Numbered from the stretch's first letter, positions 9,294-23,827 are shown. The stretch is 64,000 nucleotides of DNA from Planctomycetota bacterium (GCA_044225365.1 JBGAIQ010000014.1:64001-128000), one strand, 5' to 3'. Notes: generated from the sequence alone by a model not told the origin. Program-made: numbers and translations.

Positions 9294-11357
9294 TCACTTC
9301 GACTTGTATTTCTCGAACCACGCGAGGATGTGCGCGATCTTCGTCATCAATTGCGATGGACGCGCGTCCATGTTGTGCGACGCCTCCGGGATCCGAACGA
9401 GCGCGGTGTCGATCTTGCGAAGCTTCAGCGCCGAATAGAATTCCTCGGACTGCGAGATCGGCGTTCGATAGTCCGATTCACCGGTGAGGAGCATCGTCGG
9501 CGTCTTCACGTTGCCGACGTAGGTGAGCGGCGATCGCTTCAGATACTGTTCGGTGTTCTCCCACGGGGGACCGGGGAACCAGTAGTTCGAGTAGAAGCCG
9601 ACATCATCCGAAGTGAGTGCGAAGCTGTACCAGTCGATCACGGGCTTCGCCGAGACGGCGGCCCGGAAGCGATCGGTCTTGCCGACGATCCAAGCGGTGA
9701 GCACTCCGCCACCGCTGCCGCCTGTCACGAACAGGTTCTTCGGATCGATGAATCCTCGCGCGATCACTGCGTCGACGCCCGACATCAAGTCGTCGTAATC
9801 GTGATTCGGATAATCATGATGGATGAGATTTCCGAATTCCGCGCCGTAGCTCGTGCTTCCCCGCGGATTGGCATACAGCACGACGTAACCCGCGGCCGCA
9901 TAGAGCTGGAATTCCGACGCGAAGCGATCGCCATAATCCGCGAACGGCCCGCCGTGGATCTCCAGGATCAGCGGGTACTTCTTCGCGGGATCGAAGTCCG
10001 GTGGCTTCACGATCCAGCCCTGGATCTTCTTCTTGTCGAACGATGACTCGAACCCGATCTCCTCGGTCGTCGCCATCCTCTTGGTAGCGAAGAGGTCGTC
10101 GTTGAGGCGAGTGAGGCGGACGACCTGCGGCGACTTCACCCTCGTCTCGACGAGCGCGACGTCCGCCGGGAATTCCGGGCGCGAATACGTGAACGCGATC
10201 GCACCGTTCGCGTCGACCGAGAAACTGCCGCCGTTGTAGGGTCGCCCCGCGGAGAGACCGCCGACGTCCTTCACGAGTGTCATGACCGTTCCATCGAGCG
10301 TCGCGAACCCGATCTTGGTGTTGCCCTGGTCGTCGTATTGGAAGTAGATGCCCGAGCCATCCGCGCTCCAGCGCGGTTGCTCGACATCGCGATCGAACTT
10401 CTCCGTGATGCACTTGGCGGCGCTGCCGTCTCGCTTCATCACGTAGAGATGCGTGCATTGATATCCCTGGCGGCGATCGTCGAATCCCGTGTAAGCGATC
10501 CATCGTCCATCGGCCGAGAGCGCCGGAGATTGGTCGGGTCCGCGCCGATTCGTAAGGTCCTTGATCGCGTTCAAGGCGCCGCTCTCGAGCGAGACCTCGC
10601 AGATCTCGGTGTCGAGACCGTCGTATTCCCACTCCGCGTGGCGATTCCCGCTGAACACGATGGACTTGCCGTCGGGCGCGAAGCACAAAGGCCCGCCGTG
10701 ATGGAACGCTTCATTCGTGAGTTGAAGCGGTGTTCCCCCTTCCGCGGGCACGATGAAGAGCTGCTCGAAACCATCCTCGAGATAACCCGCGCCGTCGGCT
10801 CGATATTGCACTCGCTGGATCACGCGCGCCGGCTTCGCCCACTCTGCACCTTCGGGCTTCGCGGGGAGCGTCGCGATCGGCGGCACCTCCACGGGCACGA
10901 ACATCGTGAACGCGATGAACTTGCCGTCCGGTGACCACGCGAGATCGCCCGGTCCACGCTGCAGACTCGTGATCTTGGCCGTGCGATTCGTAGCGAGATA
11001 CCGCACGTAGATCTGGGCCGTGCCGTCCGCTGCGGAAACGAATGCGATGCGCGACTGGTCGCGCGACCAACGCGGCGACGAATTCCCCGCGCCGTCGCTC
11101 GTCAGCGCTTCGAGGTTCCTGCCATCGGCGTCGACGATCCAGAGATCCGATCGGAAGCGGTCCTTCATGATGTCGCCGAAGACGCGCGAGAAGACGACCT
11201 TCGTGCCATCCGGAGCGATCTGTGGATCGGTCGCGAGTTCGAGGTCGAAGAGATTCGTGAGCTCGAATCGATCACCGGGTCGAGCGAGCTTGATCTCGTC
11301 CGCGGCAATCGCGTTCGAGGCGACGACGCTCAGGGCGAGCGCGACGACGTACTTCAT
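9294..11357 (-). CDS. S9 family peptidase (prolyl oligopeptidase/acylaminoacyl peptidase) with signal peptide
   Basis: PD40-like propeller repeats, IHGGP, NPRGS, GGSGGG catalytic Ser, D.RTP and ASH. Confidence 0.93.
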   Translation of the reverse strand: MKYVVALALSVVASNAIAADEIKLARPGDRFELTNLFDLELATDPQIAPDGTKVVFSRVFGDIMKDRFRSDLWIVDADGRNLEALTSDGAGNSSPRWSRDQSRIAFVSAADGTAQIYVRYLATNRTAKITSLQRGPGDLAWSPDGKFIAFTMFVPVEVPPIATLPAKPEGAEWAKPARVIQRVQYRADGAGYLEDGFEQLFIVPAEGGTPLQLTNEAFHHGGPLCFAPDGKSIVFSGNRHAEWEYDGLDTEICEVSLESGALNAIKDLTNRRGPDQSPALSADGRWIAYTGFDDRRQGYQCTHLYVMKRDGSAAKCITEKFDRDVEQPRWSADGSGIYFQYDDQGNTKIGFATLDGTVMTLVKDVGGLSAGRPYNGGSFSVDANGAIAFTYSRPEFPADVALVETRVKSPQVVRLTRLNDDLFATKRMATTEEIGFESSFDKKKIQGWIVKPPDFDPAKKYPLILEIHGGPFADYGDRFASEFQLYAAAGYVVLYANPRGSTSYGAEFGNLIHHDYPNHDYDDLMSGVDAVIARGFIDPKNLFVTGGSGGGVLTAWIVGKTDRFRAAVSAKPVIDWYSFALTSDDVGFYSNYWFPGPPWENTEQYLKRSPLTYVGNVKTPTMLLTGESDYRTPISQSEEFYSALKLRKIDTALVRIPEASHNMDARPSQLMTKIAHILAWFEKYKSK

Positions 11358-11378
11358 GAGTTGCTCCCGGAATCGGAT

Positions 11379-12437
11379 TCAGCGCGGGTCAGCGGTCGTG
11401 ACGAGGCGGCGACTCATCACGAAATCATTTTGCCGATCCGATCCGAGGACGAATACGGCGCGCCCGACTTTTGCGAAGCCACATTTCTCGTAGAACGCGA
11501 TCGCCCGCGGATTCTTCTCCCACACACCGAGCCACAGCACTCCGCGGCTCTTTGATCGGGCGAACTGCTCCACTTCGTACATCAGTCGTTGCGCGACGCC
11601 CTTGCCGTGCCACTCATGATCGACGTAGAAGCGCTGGATCTCGAGAGGCGCGTCGCCTTCCACTTCGGGCACCGCTTCACCGATTCGCAATTGGGCGTAG
11701 CCGAGGATCGTCTCGCCACTCGTCGCGAGCAGGACGGTGATCGAAGGATCTCGCAGCGCTCTTCCCTGATGCTCTTCGCCGAACGTCTTCGCGAGGTACT
11801 CCTCGACGTCCTTGGGATCGTTCTGGGCGCCGAACGTGACGACGAAGACGCGCTGTGAGAACTCGGCGTACGCTCGAGCGTCGGAAGGGACTGCCGTTCG
11901 CACGCTCATGGTTGCGAAGCCATGGGAGCGGAACTTCTCCGTGAGCCGCGGATAGAGCGATTCGAGGTCGCCGTCGTCCCACGGATTCCCCTTCGGCGTG
12001 TCGGGATGGGAGATCGGCTCGGCGCGGCGCACCGAATTCCCATCGTTCATGAACGCCCCGTCGACGCCATCGACGACGGCGTATGCGTACCCCTCGAAGA
12101 ACCACAGGTCGTCGTCGAAATACTCCGCGGCGAGGCCGTCCGGATCGGAGAGTGCCCGCTCGAACGCGGTGCGTCCCCGCGAGATCAGGGACGATCGAAA
12201 GTCGTTGAACGAATCGTCGCCGCAACCGCCGTGCATCACATACGCCGCACCCCACAGGCGATAGTCGTAGGCCTCGATCATCTTCGCGTCGAAGATCCGA
12301 CCGAATTCGGCCGCCTCCGTCGCCGGCAATGCGCCGACCAGGTCGCGAATCTCGTCGCACTTCCCATCCATGTCTTCCGGCGAGGCGTCGTGGGCGCGTT
12401 GGATCAGGTGCCAGAATCGGTCGTCATCCATCGCCAT
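11379..12437 (-). CDS. DUF4240 domain fused to a PaiA-like GNAT acetyltransferase
   Basis: N-half DRFW.LI, LWGAAYV..GGCGDDSF.DFR..LI..G and YPRL; C-half EIQRFYV...HGKG, LWLGVWEKN.RAIAFYEK.GF. Confidence 0.8.
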   Translation of the reverse strand: MAMDDDRFWHLIQRAHDASPEDMDGKCDEIRDLVGALPATEAAEFGRIFDAKMIEAYDYRLWGAAYVMHGGCGDDSFNDFRSSLISRGRTAFERALSDPDGLAAEYFDDDLWFFEGYAYAVVDGVDGAFMNDGNSVRRAEPISHPDTPKGNPWDDGDLESLYPRLTEKFRSHGFATMSVRTAVPSDARAYAEFSQRVFVVTFGAQNDPKDVEEYLAKTFGEEHQGRALRDPSITVLLATSGETILGYAQLRIGEAVPEVEGDAPLEIQRFYVDHEWHGKGVAQRLMYEVEQFARSKSRGVLWLGVWEKNPRAIAFYEKCGFAKVGRAVFVLGSDRQNDFVMSRRLVTTADPR

Positions 12438-12551
12438 CGATCGCCTTCCGTCGTCGTCCAGCAGCGTCCATCGTTGCGGGCATTGGCTTGGAGCCTACAC
12501 CGGAATCTCGTAATCTCGATCTCAGGAGCACACCGACATCGGGGGGATCCA

Positions 12552-14918
12552 ATGCGCCATCGCAAGGCTCGTCTGCGCGTCTCGATCTGCTCCCTCCTCG
12601 TCGCTTCGTTTTCATCGATTCCCGGCGCGCGGCCGGCGAAGGCGGAGCAGCTTCACTACCTCTCGAGCTGGCCCTTCGTCGCGACCAAGGCGATCGCGAC
12701 CGACCCCTATTCGAATCCGCCGATCTGCTTCGAGGGGAGCGGCGGCGGCATCATCGCCCTCGACGTCTCTTCGGTCGCAAAGCCGCATCCGGTCGCTCCG
12801 AACGCTTACATCCGAACGGGCGGATTCGTCTTCGACGTCGACTTCACGTCGAGCCAGGTCTTCGCAGCCGCGGGTTCCGCCGGGCTCGTCCGTATCGATC
12901 GCGGCACCCTCGCGGTCGATGCCAGTCTCGGATCGATCGGCGACGCGCGCGTCGTGGCTGCGTTCCGAGTCGTCGACGCCTCGTACGTGCTCGTCGGCAC
13001 CGAGTTCGGCAAGCTCCTCCTCGTGAAGTCGAGTAAGGCCGGCAGTTCGATTCCGGTGCCGCTTTCGATCGAAGCGGAGACGTTTGTCCCCGGAAACGTG
13101 AGTGCGCTCGCGGTTACGCAGGGCGCGCGCGCGGGCCACACCACGTTCCTCGTCGGCACCAAGTGCGGCGGCCTCCTGCGGTTCGACGTTCCGGACGCGG
13201 CGTTCGGGTCCCGCCATGCCGTGCTCGCCCACCTCCTCCAGTCGACCTCGACCTGGGCGCCCGTCAACCCTCACGGCAATCAGTCGTTCGTCCGATCGGT
13301 CGTCATCGACGACGATCTGCCGTCGCCGGCCGTTCTGCCCCGCGCGTTCGTCGCGACGCATTCGGATGGAGTGTTCGCGATCGATCTCGGGCCGAAAGGA
13401 GCGCTCCTCCCCGTCAGTTCACCGAACTGGCCGATCCATCCTCCCGGAATCTCGTACGCGCACGGACTCGCGCTCGACGAGCACGACGATCGTCTCGCCG
13501 TTGCGAACGGTCCGAAGTTCGACGACGAATGGAATTGGTGGGGCGATTGCGAATTCCCGTGGCCATGCGACGGTGCACCTTCGATCGAGCCCACCGCACC
13601 CGGGATCCGGATCTACGAGCAGACGAGTTCGATGCAGCCCGTCGAGGTCGGATTCGTCGGAGTCGATTACCTCGGGCCGCCGTTCCTGAACACGGCACCG
13701 GTCGACATCGCGATGCGCAAGGTCGGCCCGAACGAGTTGCGCTTCGACATCGCATCGGAGTACCTCGGATTCCACGTCGCTCGCGCCACGCGTCCGGCAT
13801 CGCAAGGCGGAGTCGGACCGTGGACGATCGGCGAGACCGGCGGCTTCGACGCCGACGACGGGATTCCGGTCGGGTCGATGTACGACGTGCTCGTTCGTCC
13901 GGACGTCGCGATCTACACCGCGAACGGGCCGACGTTCGCCGCGTTCAAGAACGACGCATCGAGCCCCCTCATGGCGCCGCCGAAAGTGGTGATGCCCGGC
14001 TGCATCTCTCTCGCGTTCGACGGGGCGACGACGCCGAGGATCTTCGGCGCGCGCAAGATCGATGGAATCGTGTTCTACGACGTCGCCGGCGCGAACTCTC
14101 TCGCCCCCGTCTACCTCGGCCTCATGTCGACGAACGGCAAGCCGAACAGTTGCCGAGTGATCCCCGGGCTCTCCGGGCCGGGTCATCCGTGGCTCTACGC
14201 GCCCAATACGTTCACGTTCGGACTCCCGCAGCCGTCGCCGGGCTCGTTGTTCATCTTCGACGTCGCCGCGGCATCGCCGGCTGCGGCCGTTCCCGTCGCA
14301 TCGTGGATCGATTCGACTCCTCGAACGTACGCGGACGTGGCGGTCGCGAAGACGGCGCCGGATCGCCATGTGGCATGGATGTGCTACGGACCCCACGCCT
14401 ACGGCGATCCTTCGTTCGGCATCGTGACCCTGCGCGCGCAATACGTGGCGGCGACGGGCCAGACTTCGCTCACTCCGCTCTCGATCCTCCCCGTCGCGAG
14501 CCCAGGGTCCACGGGCAATGGCGAGCCCGCGGGACGGATGTGCTACGACGCGACGACGAAGCGTCTGTACGTCGCGTTCGGATGCAACGGAGTTTCGATG
14601 TTCGACGTCAGCAATCCGGAATCGCCGGTCCTCCTCGGATCGCGCGCGATCCCAGCGCGAACGGCGCTCACGGTTCGCGTCGCGCCGTGGGACTCGCATC
14701 GATTGCTCGTCACGCTGATCGGCTACGGGAGCAACGCCGGTCTCGGCGTCCTCGACTGCACCGACAGTGCGAGCTTCCTCGGAGCGAACTCGATGCAGAT
14801 CCTGCCGACGCGATTCCAGTGTCAGAGCATCGACTTCCCGCCCGACTCCGCGGTGAAGCACACCTTGTTCCTCGCCGATGGTCGCGGCGGGGTGCATTTC
14901 CTCGAGGTCACGCCCTGA
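12552..14918 (+). CDS. Large secreted beta-rich protein with LVIVD-like repeats
   Basis: Signal peptide ending AKA; repeats such as LYVAFGCNGVSMFDVSNPESPVLLG and LFLADGRGGV. Confidence 0.65.
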   Translation: MRHRKARLRVSICSLLVASFSSIPGARPAKAEQLHYLSSWPFVATKAIATDPYSNPPICFEGSGGGIIALDVSSVAKPHPVAPNAYIRTGGFVFDVDFTSSQVFAAAGSAGLVRIDRGTLAVDASLGSIGDARVVAAFRVVDASYVLVGTEFGKLLLVKSSKAGSSIPVPLSIEAETFVPGNVSALAVTQGARAGHTTFLVGTKCGGLLRFDVPDAAFGSRHAVLAHLLQSTSTWAPVNPHGNQSFVRSVVIDDDLPSPAVLPRAFVATHSDGVFAIDLGPKGALLPVSSPNWPIHPPGISYAHGLALDEHDDRLAVANGPKFDDEWNWWGDCEFPWPCDGAPSIEPTAPGIRIYEQTSSMQPVEVGFVGVDYLGPPFLNTAPVDIAMRKVGPNELRFDIASEYLGFHVARATRPASQGGVGPWTIGETGGFDADDGIPVGSMYDVLVRPDVAIYTANGPTFAAFKNDASSPLMAPPKVVMPGCISLAFDGATTPRIFGARKIDGIVFYDVAGANSLAPVYLGLMSTNGKPNSCRVIPGLSGPGHPWLYAPNTFTFGLPQPSPGSLFIFDVAAASPAAAVPVASWIDSTPRTYADVAVAKTAPDRHVAWMCYGPHAYGDPSFGIVTLRAQYVAATGQTSLTPLSILPVASPGSTGNGEPAGRMCYDATTKRLYVAFGCNGVSMFDVSNPESPVLLGSRAIPARTALTVRVAPWDSHRLLVTLIGYGSNAGLGVLDCTDSASFLGANSMQILPTRFQCQSIDFPPDSAVKHTLFLADGRGGVHFLEVTP

Positions 14919-15066
14919 TCTCCGCGCCTGGAACGAAGGAGCGGCAGAGCGCAATATGAAGTAGAATGGGGCGTTTCCCGCGTCGGCCCATGCCCTACGG
15001 CATTCGACCCGCACGCGACTCCCGTTTTCGTCCGGCCCCCTCCCGCAGACTCTGGAGACACGCTCG

Positions 15067-18771
<3,705 letters not shown>

Positions 18772-18775
18772 CGCC

Positions 18776-20257
18776 ATGGTCGATTCGATGAAGCCGAGAG
18801 ATCCCATCGAAGAACGCCAGCTCGCATTCACGCGACGGCGCTTCTTCTCGAAGACGCTGAAGACGGCGGCGAGCGGGCTCGGCGCTGCCGCGCTGTCGTC
18901 GCTCCTCGTTCCGTCGCTGGCTCGCGGCAAGGAACTCGACGGAACATTGCGGGGCCCCCACTACAAAGCGCGGGCGAAACGCGTGATCTACCTCCACATG
19001 GAGGGCGCTCCGAGTCAGCTCGACCTCTTCGACTACAAGCCTCGGCTTCGCGATCGATTCGACGAGGATCTCCCCGATTCGATTCGTCAGGGTCAACGCC
19101 TCACCGGGATGACGAGCGGACAAGCGCGCTTCCCGATCGCGCCGTCGATGTTCCGATTCAGCCGTTACCCGAACGCGCAGGACGGCGCGTGGGTCAGCGA
19201 ATTGATGCCGCACACCGGTGCGATGGCGAAGCACCTCTGCTTCATCCACTCCATGCACACCGACGCGATCAATCACGAGCCGGGCATCACCTTCTTCCAG
19301 ACCGGCAATCAGCAGCCCGGACGACCGTCGTTCGGCGCGTGGGTGAGTTACGGCCTCGGCAGCGCGAACGCAAATCTGCCGACGTTCGTCGTCCTGATCA
19401 CGCAAGGCGTCGGCAACATGCAAGCGCTCTCCGCGCGCTTCTGGGGCAGCGGATTCCTGCCGAGCGAGCATCAGGGCTGCAAGCTGCGCAGCGCCGCCGA
19501 CCCGGTGCTCTATCTCCACGATCCCGCGGGCGTCTCCCGCGAGGATCGAAGGCGCTTCCTCGACGTCGTCGCGAAGATCAACGAGCGTGAAGCCGCGCGC
19601 GAACTCGATCCCGAGATCGACACGCGCATCGCGCAAGCCGAGATGGCGTATCGCATGCAGATGTCCGTGCCCGAGCTCACCGACTTCTCGAGCGAGGACG
19701 ACGCGACGCTCGACATGTATGGCCCCGACGTACGGAAGCCGGGCACGTTCGCCGCGAACTGCCTGCTCGCGCGACGACTCGCCGAACGCGGCGTGCGATT
19801 CATCCAGCTCTACATGCGCGGCTGGGATCAACACGGCAATCTGCCGAACGAGATCCGCGCGCAGGCGGGATTCGTCGACCAGCCACAGGCCGCGCTCGTC
19901 GAGGACCTGCGCCGCCGCGGGCTGCTCGACGACACGCTCGTCCTGTGGTCCGGCGAGTTCGGCCGCACGGTCTACAGCCAGGGCACGCTGACCAAGGACA
20001 ACTACGGTCGCGATCACCACCCGCGCTGCTTCAGCAATTGGCTCGCGGGCGGCGGTATCAAGCCGGGGATCTCGTACGGCAAGACCGACGACTACGGGTA
20101 CAACATCGTCGAGGATCCGGTCGACGTGCACGATCTCCACGCGACGTTGCTGCACCTCCTCGGGTTCGACCACGAGCGACTCACGTATCGATATCAGGGC
20201 CGCGACTTCCGCCTCACGGACGTGTTCGGCAAGCCGTTGAAGCCCCTCCTCGCCTGA
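18776..20257 (+). CDS. DUF1501 domain protein (Tat substrate)
   Basis: TRRRFF Tat motif, AKRVIYL.M.G.PSQLDLFDYKP, GWDQH, GEFGRT, GRDHHP, GRDFRLTDV. Confidence 0.93.
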   Translation: MVDSMKPRDPIEERQLAFTRRRFFSKTLKTAASGLGAAALSSLLVPSLARGKELDGTLRGPHYKARAKRVIYLHMEGAPSQLDLFDYKPRLRDRFDEDLPDSIRQGQRLTGMTSGQARFPIAPSMFRFSRYPNAQDGAWVSELMPHTGAMAKHLCFIHSMHTDAINHEPGITFFQTGNQQPGRPSFGAWVSYGLGSANANLPTFVVLITQGVGNMQALSARFWGSGFLPSEHQGCKLRSAADPVLYLHDPAGVSREDRRRFLDVVAKINEREAARELDPEIDTRIAQAEMAYRMQMSVPELTDFSSEDDATLDMYGPDVRKPGTFAANCLLARRLAERGVRFIQLYMRGWDQHGNLPNEIRAQAGFVDQPQAALVEDLRRRGLLDDTLVLWSGEFGRTVYSQGTLTKDNYGRDHHPRCFSNWLAGGGIKPGISYGKTDDYGYNIVEDPVDVHDLHATLLHLLGFDHERLTYRYQGRDFRLTDVFGKPLKPLLA

Positions 20258-20266
20258 CGAGCCACC

Positions 20267-21838
20267 ATGAACTCGAGCGCTCTTTCCATCGTGGGCGATG
20301 TCTTCGGCCGGTTCCACCCACTCGTGCTGCATCTGCCGATCGGTTTGCTCGCTGGCCTCGCCCTTCTCGAACTGCGCGCGTTCGTGACTCGCACCGCGAC
20401 ACCGCGAAGCATGTTTCGATTCGTCGCCGCAGCGAGCGCGCTGTTCGCCATCGCATCCGCGGGGACGGGCCTCCTACTCGCGCGTAGCGACGAGATGACG
20501 AACACGCTCTATCTCCATCGAGCGCTCGGCATCGCAGTCGCCGCGCTCGCGAGTACGCTCGCCCTTGCCGCGCGCGCACGGACCGGTGAGATCGCGCCCC
20601 GCGGATTCGGGCTCGAACGAGCGCTCCTCGCGGTCACGCTTCTCGCACTCGTTCCTGCGGGACACCTCGGCGCCACGCTCACGCATGGTGAGAATTTTCT
20701 GTTCGCGCCCTTCTCTGCGCCGACTCGCGCCGAATCCTCCCTCGCCGAGGCAAAATCCGACGGGCCGAAGACACTCGTTCACGCCGACATCGCCCAGCTC
20801 CTCGACAAGTACTGCGTCGAGTGCCACGGTGGATCGAAGAAGAAGGGCGGGCTGCGACTCGACACGCACGAATCGATCGAGAAGGGCGGCAAGCATGGCG
20901 CCGTCGTTTTGGCCGGCGATGCCGAGAAGAGCGAACTCGTTCTCCGCATGCGAATTCCCTCGAGCGACGACGATCACATGCCGCCGCCCGAGAAGCCGCA
21001 ACCGAAGCCCGAGGAAATCGACGCGATCGCCGCGTGGGTGAAGGCGGGAGCCCGGTTCGGCGGCGAAGTCGCGGTCGTGGCGACGCAGGGGAAGGCGAAG
21101 CCGTCCCCCGACGTGAAGAAGGCTCCCGACGCAGGAGCGATCGCGGCGCTGCGCGAGCGCCTCGTCCACGTCGAATCGGAAGGCGAGGGCGATCCGCTCA
21201 TCAGCGTCGACTTCGCCGCCATCGCGGAAAAGATCACCGACGCCGATTTCACGGCGCTGATCTCTCCGCTCGCGGACTCCATCGCGGACCTCTCGATCGC
21301 ACGAACCAAGGTGACGGACGCCGCGATGACCCTCGTCGCGCGCATGCCGAACCTGGAGCGCCTCGACCTGCGGGGCACCGCAATCACCTCCGCCGGCCTC
21401 GCCGCGCTCTCCAAGCACGAGAAGCTCTCGGAACTCATCGTCGCGCAAGGCAGGCTCGACGACGCCGCGAACGCAACGCTCCTCGCCATGCCGGCGCTCC
21501 GCACGGTCCATCTCTGGAAGTCCGGAATCTCGGACGACGCCGTTTCGAAGCTCCGCGCCGCGCGCCCGGATGTCGCCTTCGATGCGGGCGACGGCGGTCC
21601 CGTCGCCGCGGCCGAAGTCGAACCGCTCGTCGAACTCGGCAAGAAGCCGGAGAAGAAGCCGATTCCCGAACCCGTCGCTGCGTTGATCGCGATCAACGCC
21701 ACGTGCCCGGTCTCGGGCGCTCCGGTCGACGCCAATTTCCGCGTCGTGTACGACGGCAAGGTCGTGGGCTTCTGCTGCGAGAAGTGCGCCGCCAAATTCC
21801 TCGCCGACCCGAAGGCGTACGCGGCGAAGCTGCAATAG
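20267..21838 (+). CDS. Membrane protein: DUF2231-like TM domain, planctomycete cytochrome c, leucine-rich repeats and a YHS-like C-terminus
   Basis: GRFHPLVLHLPIG, GHLGATLTHG, CVECHG, HMPP, L..LDL.GT.IT repeats, CPVSG...FCCEKC. Confidence 0.85.
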   Translation: MNSSALSIVGDVFGRFHPLVLHLPIGLLAGLALLELRAFVTRTATPRSMFRFVAAASALFAIASAGTGLLLARSDEMTNTLYLHRALGIAVAALASTLALAARARTGEIAPRGFGLERALLAVTLLALVPAGHLGATLTHGENFLFAPFSAPTRAESSLAEAKSDGPKTLVHADIAQLLDKYCVECHGGSKKKGGLRLDTHESIEKGGKHGAVVLAGDAEKSELVLRMRIPSSDDDHMPPPEKPQPKPEEIDAIAAWVKAGARFGGEVAVVATQGKAKPSPDVKKAPDAGAIAALRERLVHVESEGEGDPLISVDFAAIAEKITDADFTALISPLADSIADLSIARTKVTDAAMTLVARMPNLERLDLRGTAITSAGLAALSKHEKLSELIVAQGRLDDAANATLLAMPALRTVHLWKSGISDDAVSKLRAARPDVAFDAGDGGPVAAAEVEPLVELGKKPEKKPIPEPVAALIAINATCPVSGAPVDANFRVVYDGKVVGFCCEKCAAKFLADPKAYAAKLQ

Positions 21839-21841
21839 AAA

Positions 21842-21874
21842 CGCGCGGAGGCGACGAGATGCCGCCTCCGCGCG
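21842..21874. terminator. GC-rich hairpin between convergent genes, possible bidirectional terminator
   Basis: CGCGCGGAGGCG (21842-21853) pairs perfectly with CGCCTCCGCGCG (21863-21874); U-tract present only on the minus strand and weak. Confidence 0.6.
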
Positions 21875-21892
21875 CTGCCTCTCATGCGTCGG

Positions 21893-23827
21893 TCAGAACT
21901 TGCTGGCCTTGAGGTAACTCCCCGCCTGAACCGTCGTCGTCGTTCCGGCGGACGCAGTGTTCTGCGCCCACTGCATACGAACCGTGCCCGCCGTCGCTCC
22001 GGTGACCACCATTCCGCGGATCAGGCCCATGTCCGCAGGTAGGCCGCCGAACAGGTACATCGGGATCGCCGAGCCCCCGGCGGCAACGACGAACTGATCG
22101 AATCCGTTGTTGTCGTTGGTCCCGACGAGGGACCATTTGATCGTCGCGCCGGCCGGAATGGTGAAGGCGATCTTGAGGTTCGGGGTCGCGTTCGAGGCAA
22201 AGGCAGAGACGAACACGTCGAATCCCCAGGCCTCATTCGCACCGACCGCGAACGACAGCTCGTCATCGTTTTGGAGTGCGGCACTGTTCGCGACCACTTC
22301 ATCCACGGTCTTGCGGACCTTCGTGTCGCCCGGACCCGCTGGACCCTGAGGCCCCTGCGGACCTTGCGGGCCCACTGGGCCTTGCGGACCCGTCGCGCCG
22401 GTGATGCCCTGTGGGCCTTGCGGACCTGCGGGGCCCGTTGGACCCGTCGCCCCGGTCGCTCCGGTCAAACCGATCGGACCCACGTCGCCCTGAACTCCCT
22501 GCGGACCCGTCGCTCCTTGCGGGCCTTGCGGTCCAGCCGCGCCTGCGGGGCCCACGTCACCTTGCGGACCTTGGGGGCCTTCCGGACCTTGCGGGCCGAC
22601 CGAACCCGTTGCTCCGGTGTCGCCCTGCGGGCCCTGTGGGCCTTGCGGGCCGGCTGCGCCTGCGGGGCCCACGTCACCTTGCGGACCTTGGGGACCGGCT
22701 GGACCTGTCGCACCCGTCGCGCCCGTATCGCCCTGCGGGCCCTGTGGACCTTGCGGTCCGGCTGCGCCGACGGGGCCCACGTCACCTTGCGGACCTTGGG
22801 GACCGGCTGGACCCGTCGCGCCCGTCGCGCCCGTGTCGCCCTGCGGGCCCTGTGGACCTTGCGGTCCGGCTGCGCCGACGGGACCCACTTCGCCTTGCGG
22901 ACCTTGAGGGCCGGCTGGACCTGTCGCACCCGTCGCGCCCGTGTCGCCCTGCGGGCCTTGCGGACCCTGCGGTCCAGTTGCGCCGACGGGGCCCGCTTCG
23001 CCTTGGGGACCTGTCGCACCCGTCGCGCCCGTGTCGCCCTGCGGACCTTGCGGACCCGTCGCGCCGGTGTCGCCCTGCGGACCTTGCGCACCCGTTGCGC
23101 CGGTGTCGCCCTGCGGACCTTGCGGACCCTGCGGTCCAGTTGCGCCGACGGGGCCCACTTCGCCTTGGGGACCTGTCGCACCCGTCGCGCCCGTGTCGCC
23201 CTGCGGACCTTGCGGACCCTGCGGTCCAGTTGCGCCGACGGGGCCCACTTCACCTTGCGGCCCCTGGGGACCCGTTGCCCCAGTTGCGCCGGTGTCGCCC
23301 TGCGGACCCTGCGGACCCATCGGGCCGATCGGGCCCTGCGGACCCTGCAGCCCCGTCGCACTACCGACCCAGTTGCCGTTCTCGTCGATCACGAGCAGGC
23401 CATTGATCGAGACGCTCTTCGGGTGGATGTCGCCGCAGACGTCGCGCGCGAAGAGGGCGTACGGGACCGAGCCGATGAGCTGGCGCGGAGACATCTCGGG
23501 GTCCGTGCCGATCGTCAGGCCGAGCCACAGATCATTTCCGCTGCCGAACAAATTGCTCGGGAACGTGGTGATGGAACCGAGGAACGTATTCACGACGCCG
23601 TTCAGGGCCGTGACCGACTGGGTCTCCGTCCAAACCGGCGATCCGCCGGACGGCGAGTAATAAAGACTCGCCTTGAGCGAGATCCCCGGACCGTTGAGAG
23701 GCTGACCCGCGCCGTTCTTCAATCGCGCCTGGAAGTAGAGAACATCCGGCGATCCTCCGTAGGCCACAGCGCACAGGGAGAGAGTGGTGGCGAGCGTCAA
23801 GCTCGCGATCAAGGACTTCAGGTTCAT
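21893..23827 (-). CDS. Secreted collagen-like protein
   Basis: Signal peptide, ~135 aa N-domain, about 113 Gly-X-Y triplets ([12 protein letters not shown]), ~144 aa C-terminal beta domain. Confidence 0.92.
   Translation of the reverse strand: MNLKSLIASLTLATTLSLCAVAYGGSPDVLYFQARLKNGAGQPLNGPGISLKASLYYSPSGGSPVWTETQSVTALNGVVNTFLGSITTFPSNLFGSGNDLWLGLTIGTDPEMSPRQLIGSVPYALFARDVCGDIHPKSVSINGLLVIDENGNWVGSATGLQGPQGPIGPMGPQGPQGDTGATGATGPQGPQGEVGPVGATGPQGPQGPQGDTGATGATGPQGEVGPVGATGPQGPQGPQGDTGATGAQGPQGDTGATGPQGPQGDTGATGATGPQGEAGPVGATGPQGPQGPQGDTGATGATGPAGPQGPQGEVGPVGAAGPQGPQGPQGDTGATGATGPAGPQGPQGDVGPVGAAGPQGPQGPQGDTGATGATGPAGPQGPQGDVGPAGAAGPQGPQGPQGDTGATGSVGPQGPEGPQGPQGDVGPAGAAGPQGPQGATGPQGVQGDVGPIGLTGATGATGPTGPAGPQGPQGITGATGPQGPVGPQGPQGPQGPAGPGDTKVRKTVDEVVANSAALQNDDELSFAVGANEAWGFDVFVSAFASNATPNLKIAFTIPAGATIKWSLVGTNDNNGFDQFVVAAGGSAIPMYLFGGLPADMGLIRGMVVTGATAGTVRMQWAQNTASAGTTTTVQAGSYLKASKF
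22337..23353 (-). repeat. Coding tandem repeat (9-bp Gly-X-Y units with higher-order blocks)
   Basis: Near-identical blocks encoding [28 protein letters not shown](D/E)VGP(V/A)GAA. Confidence 0.9.
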
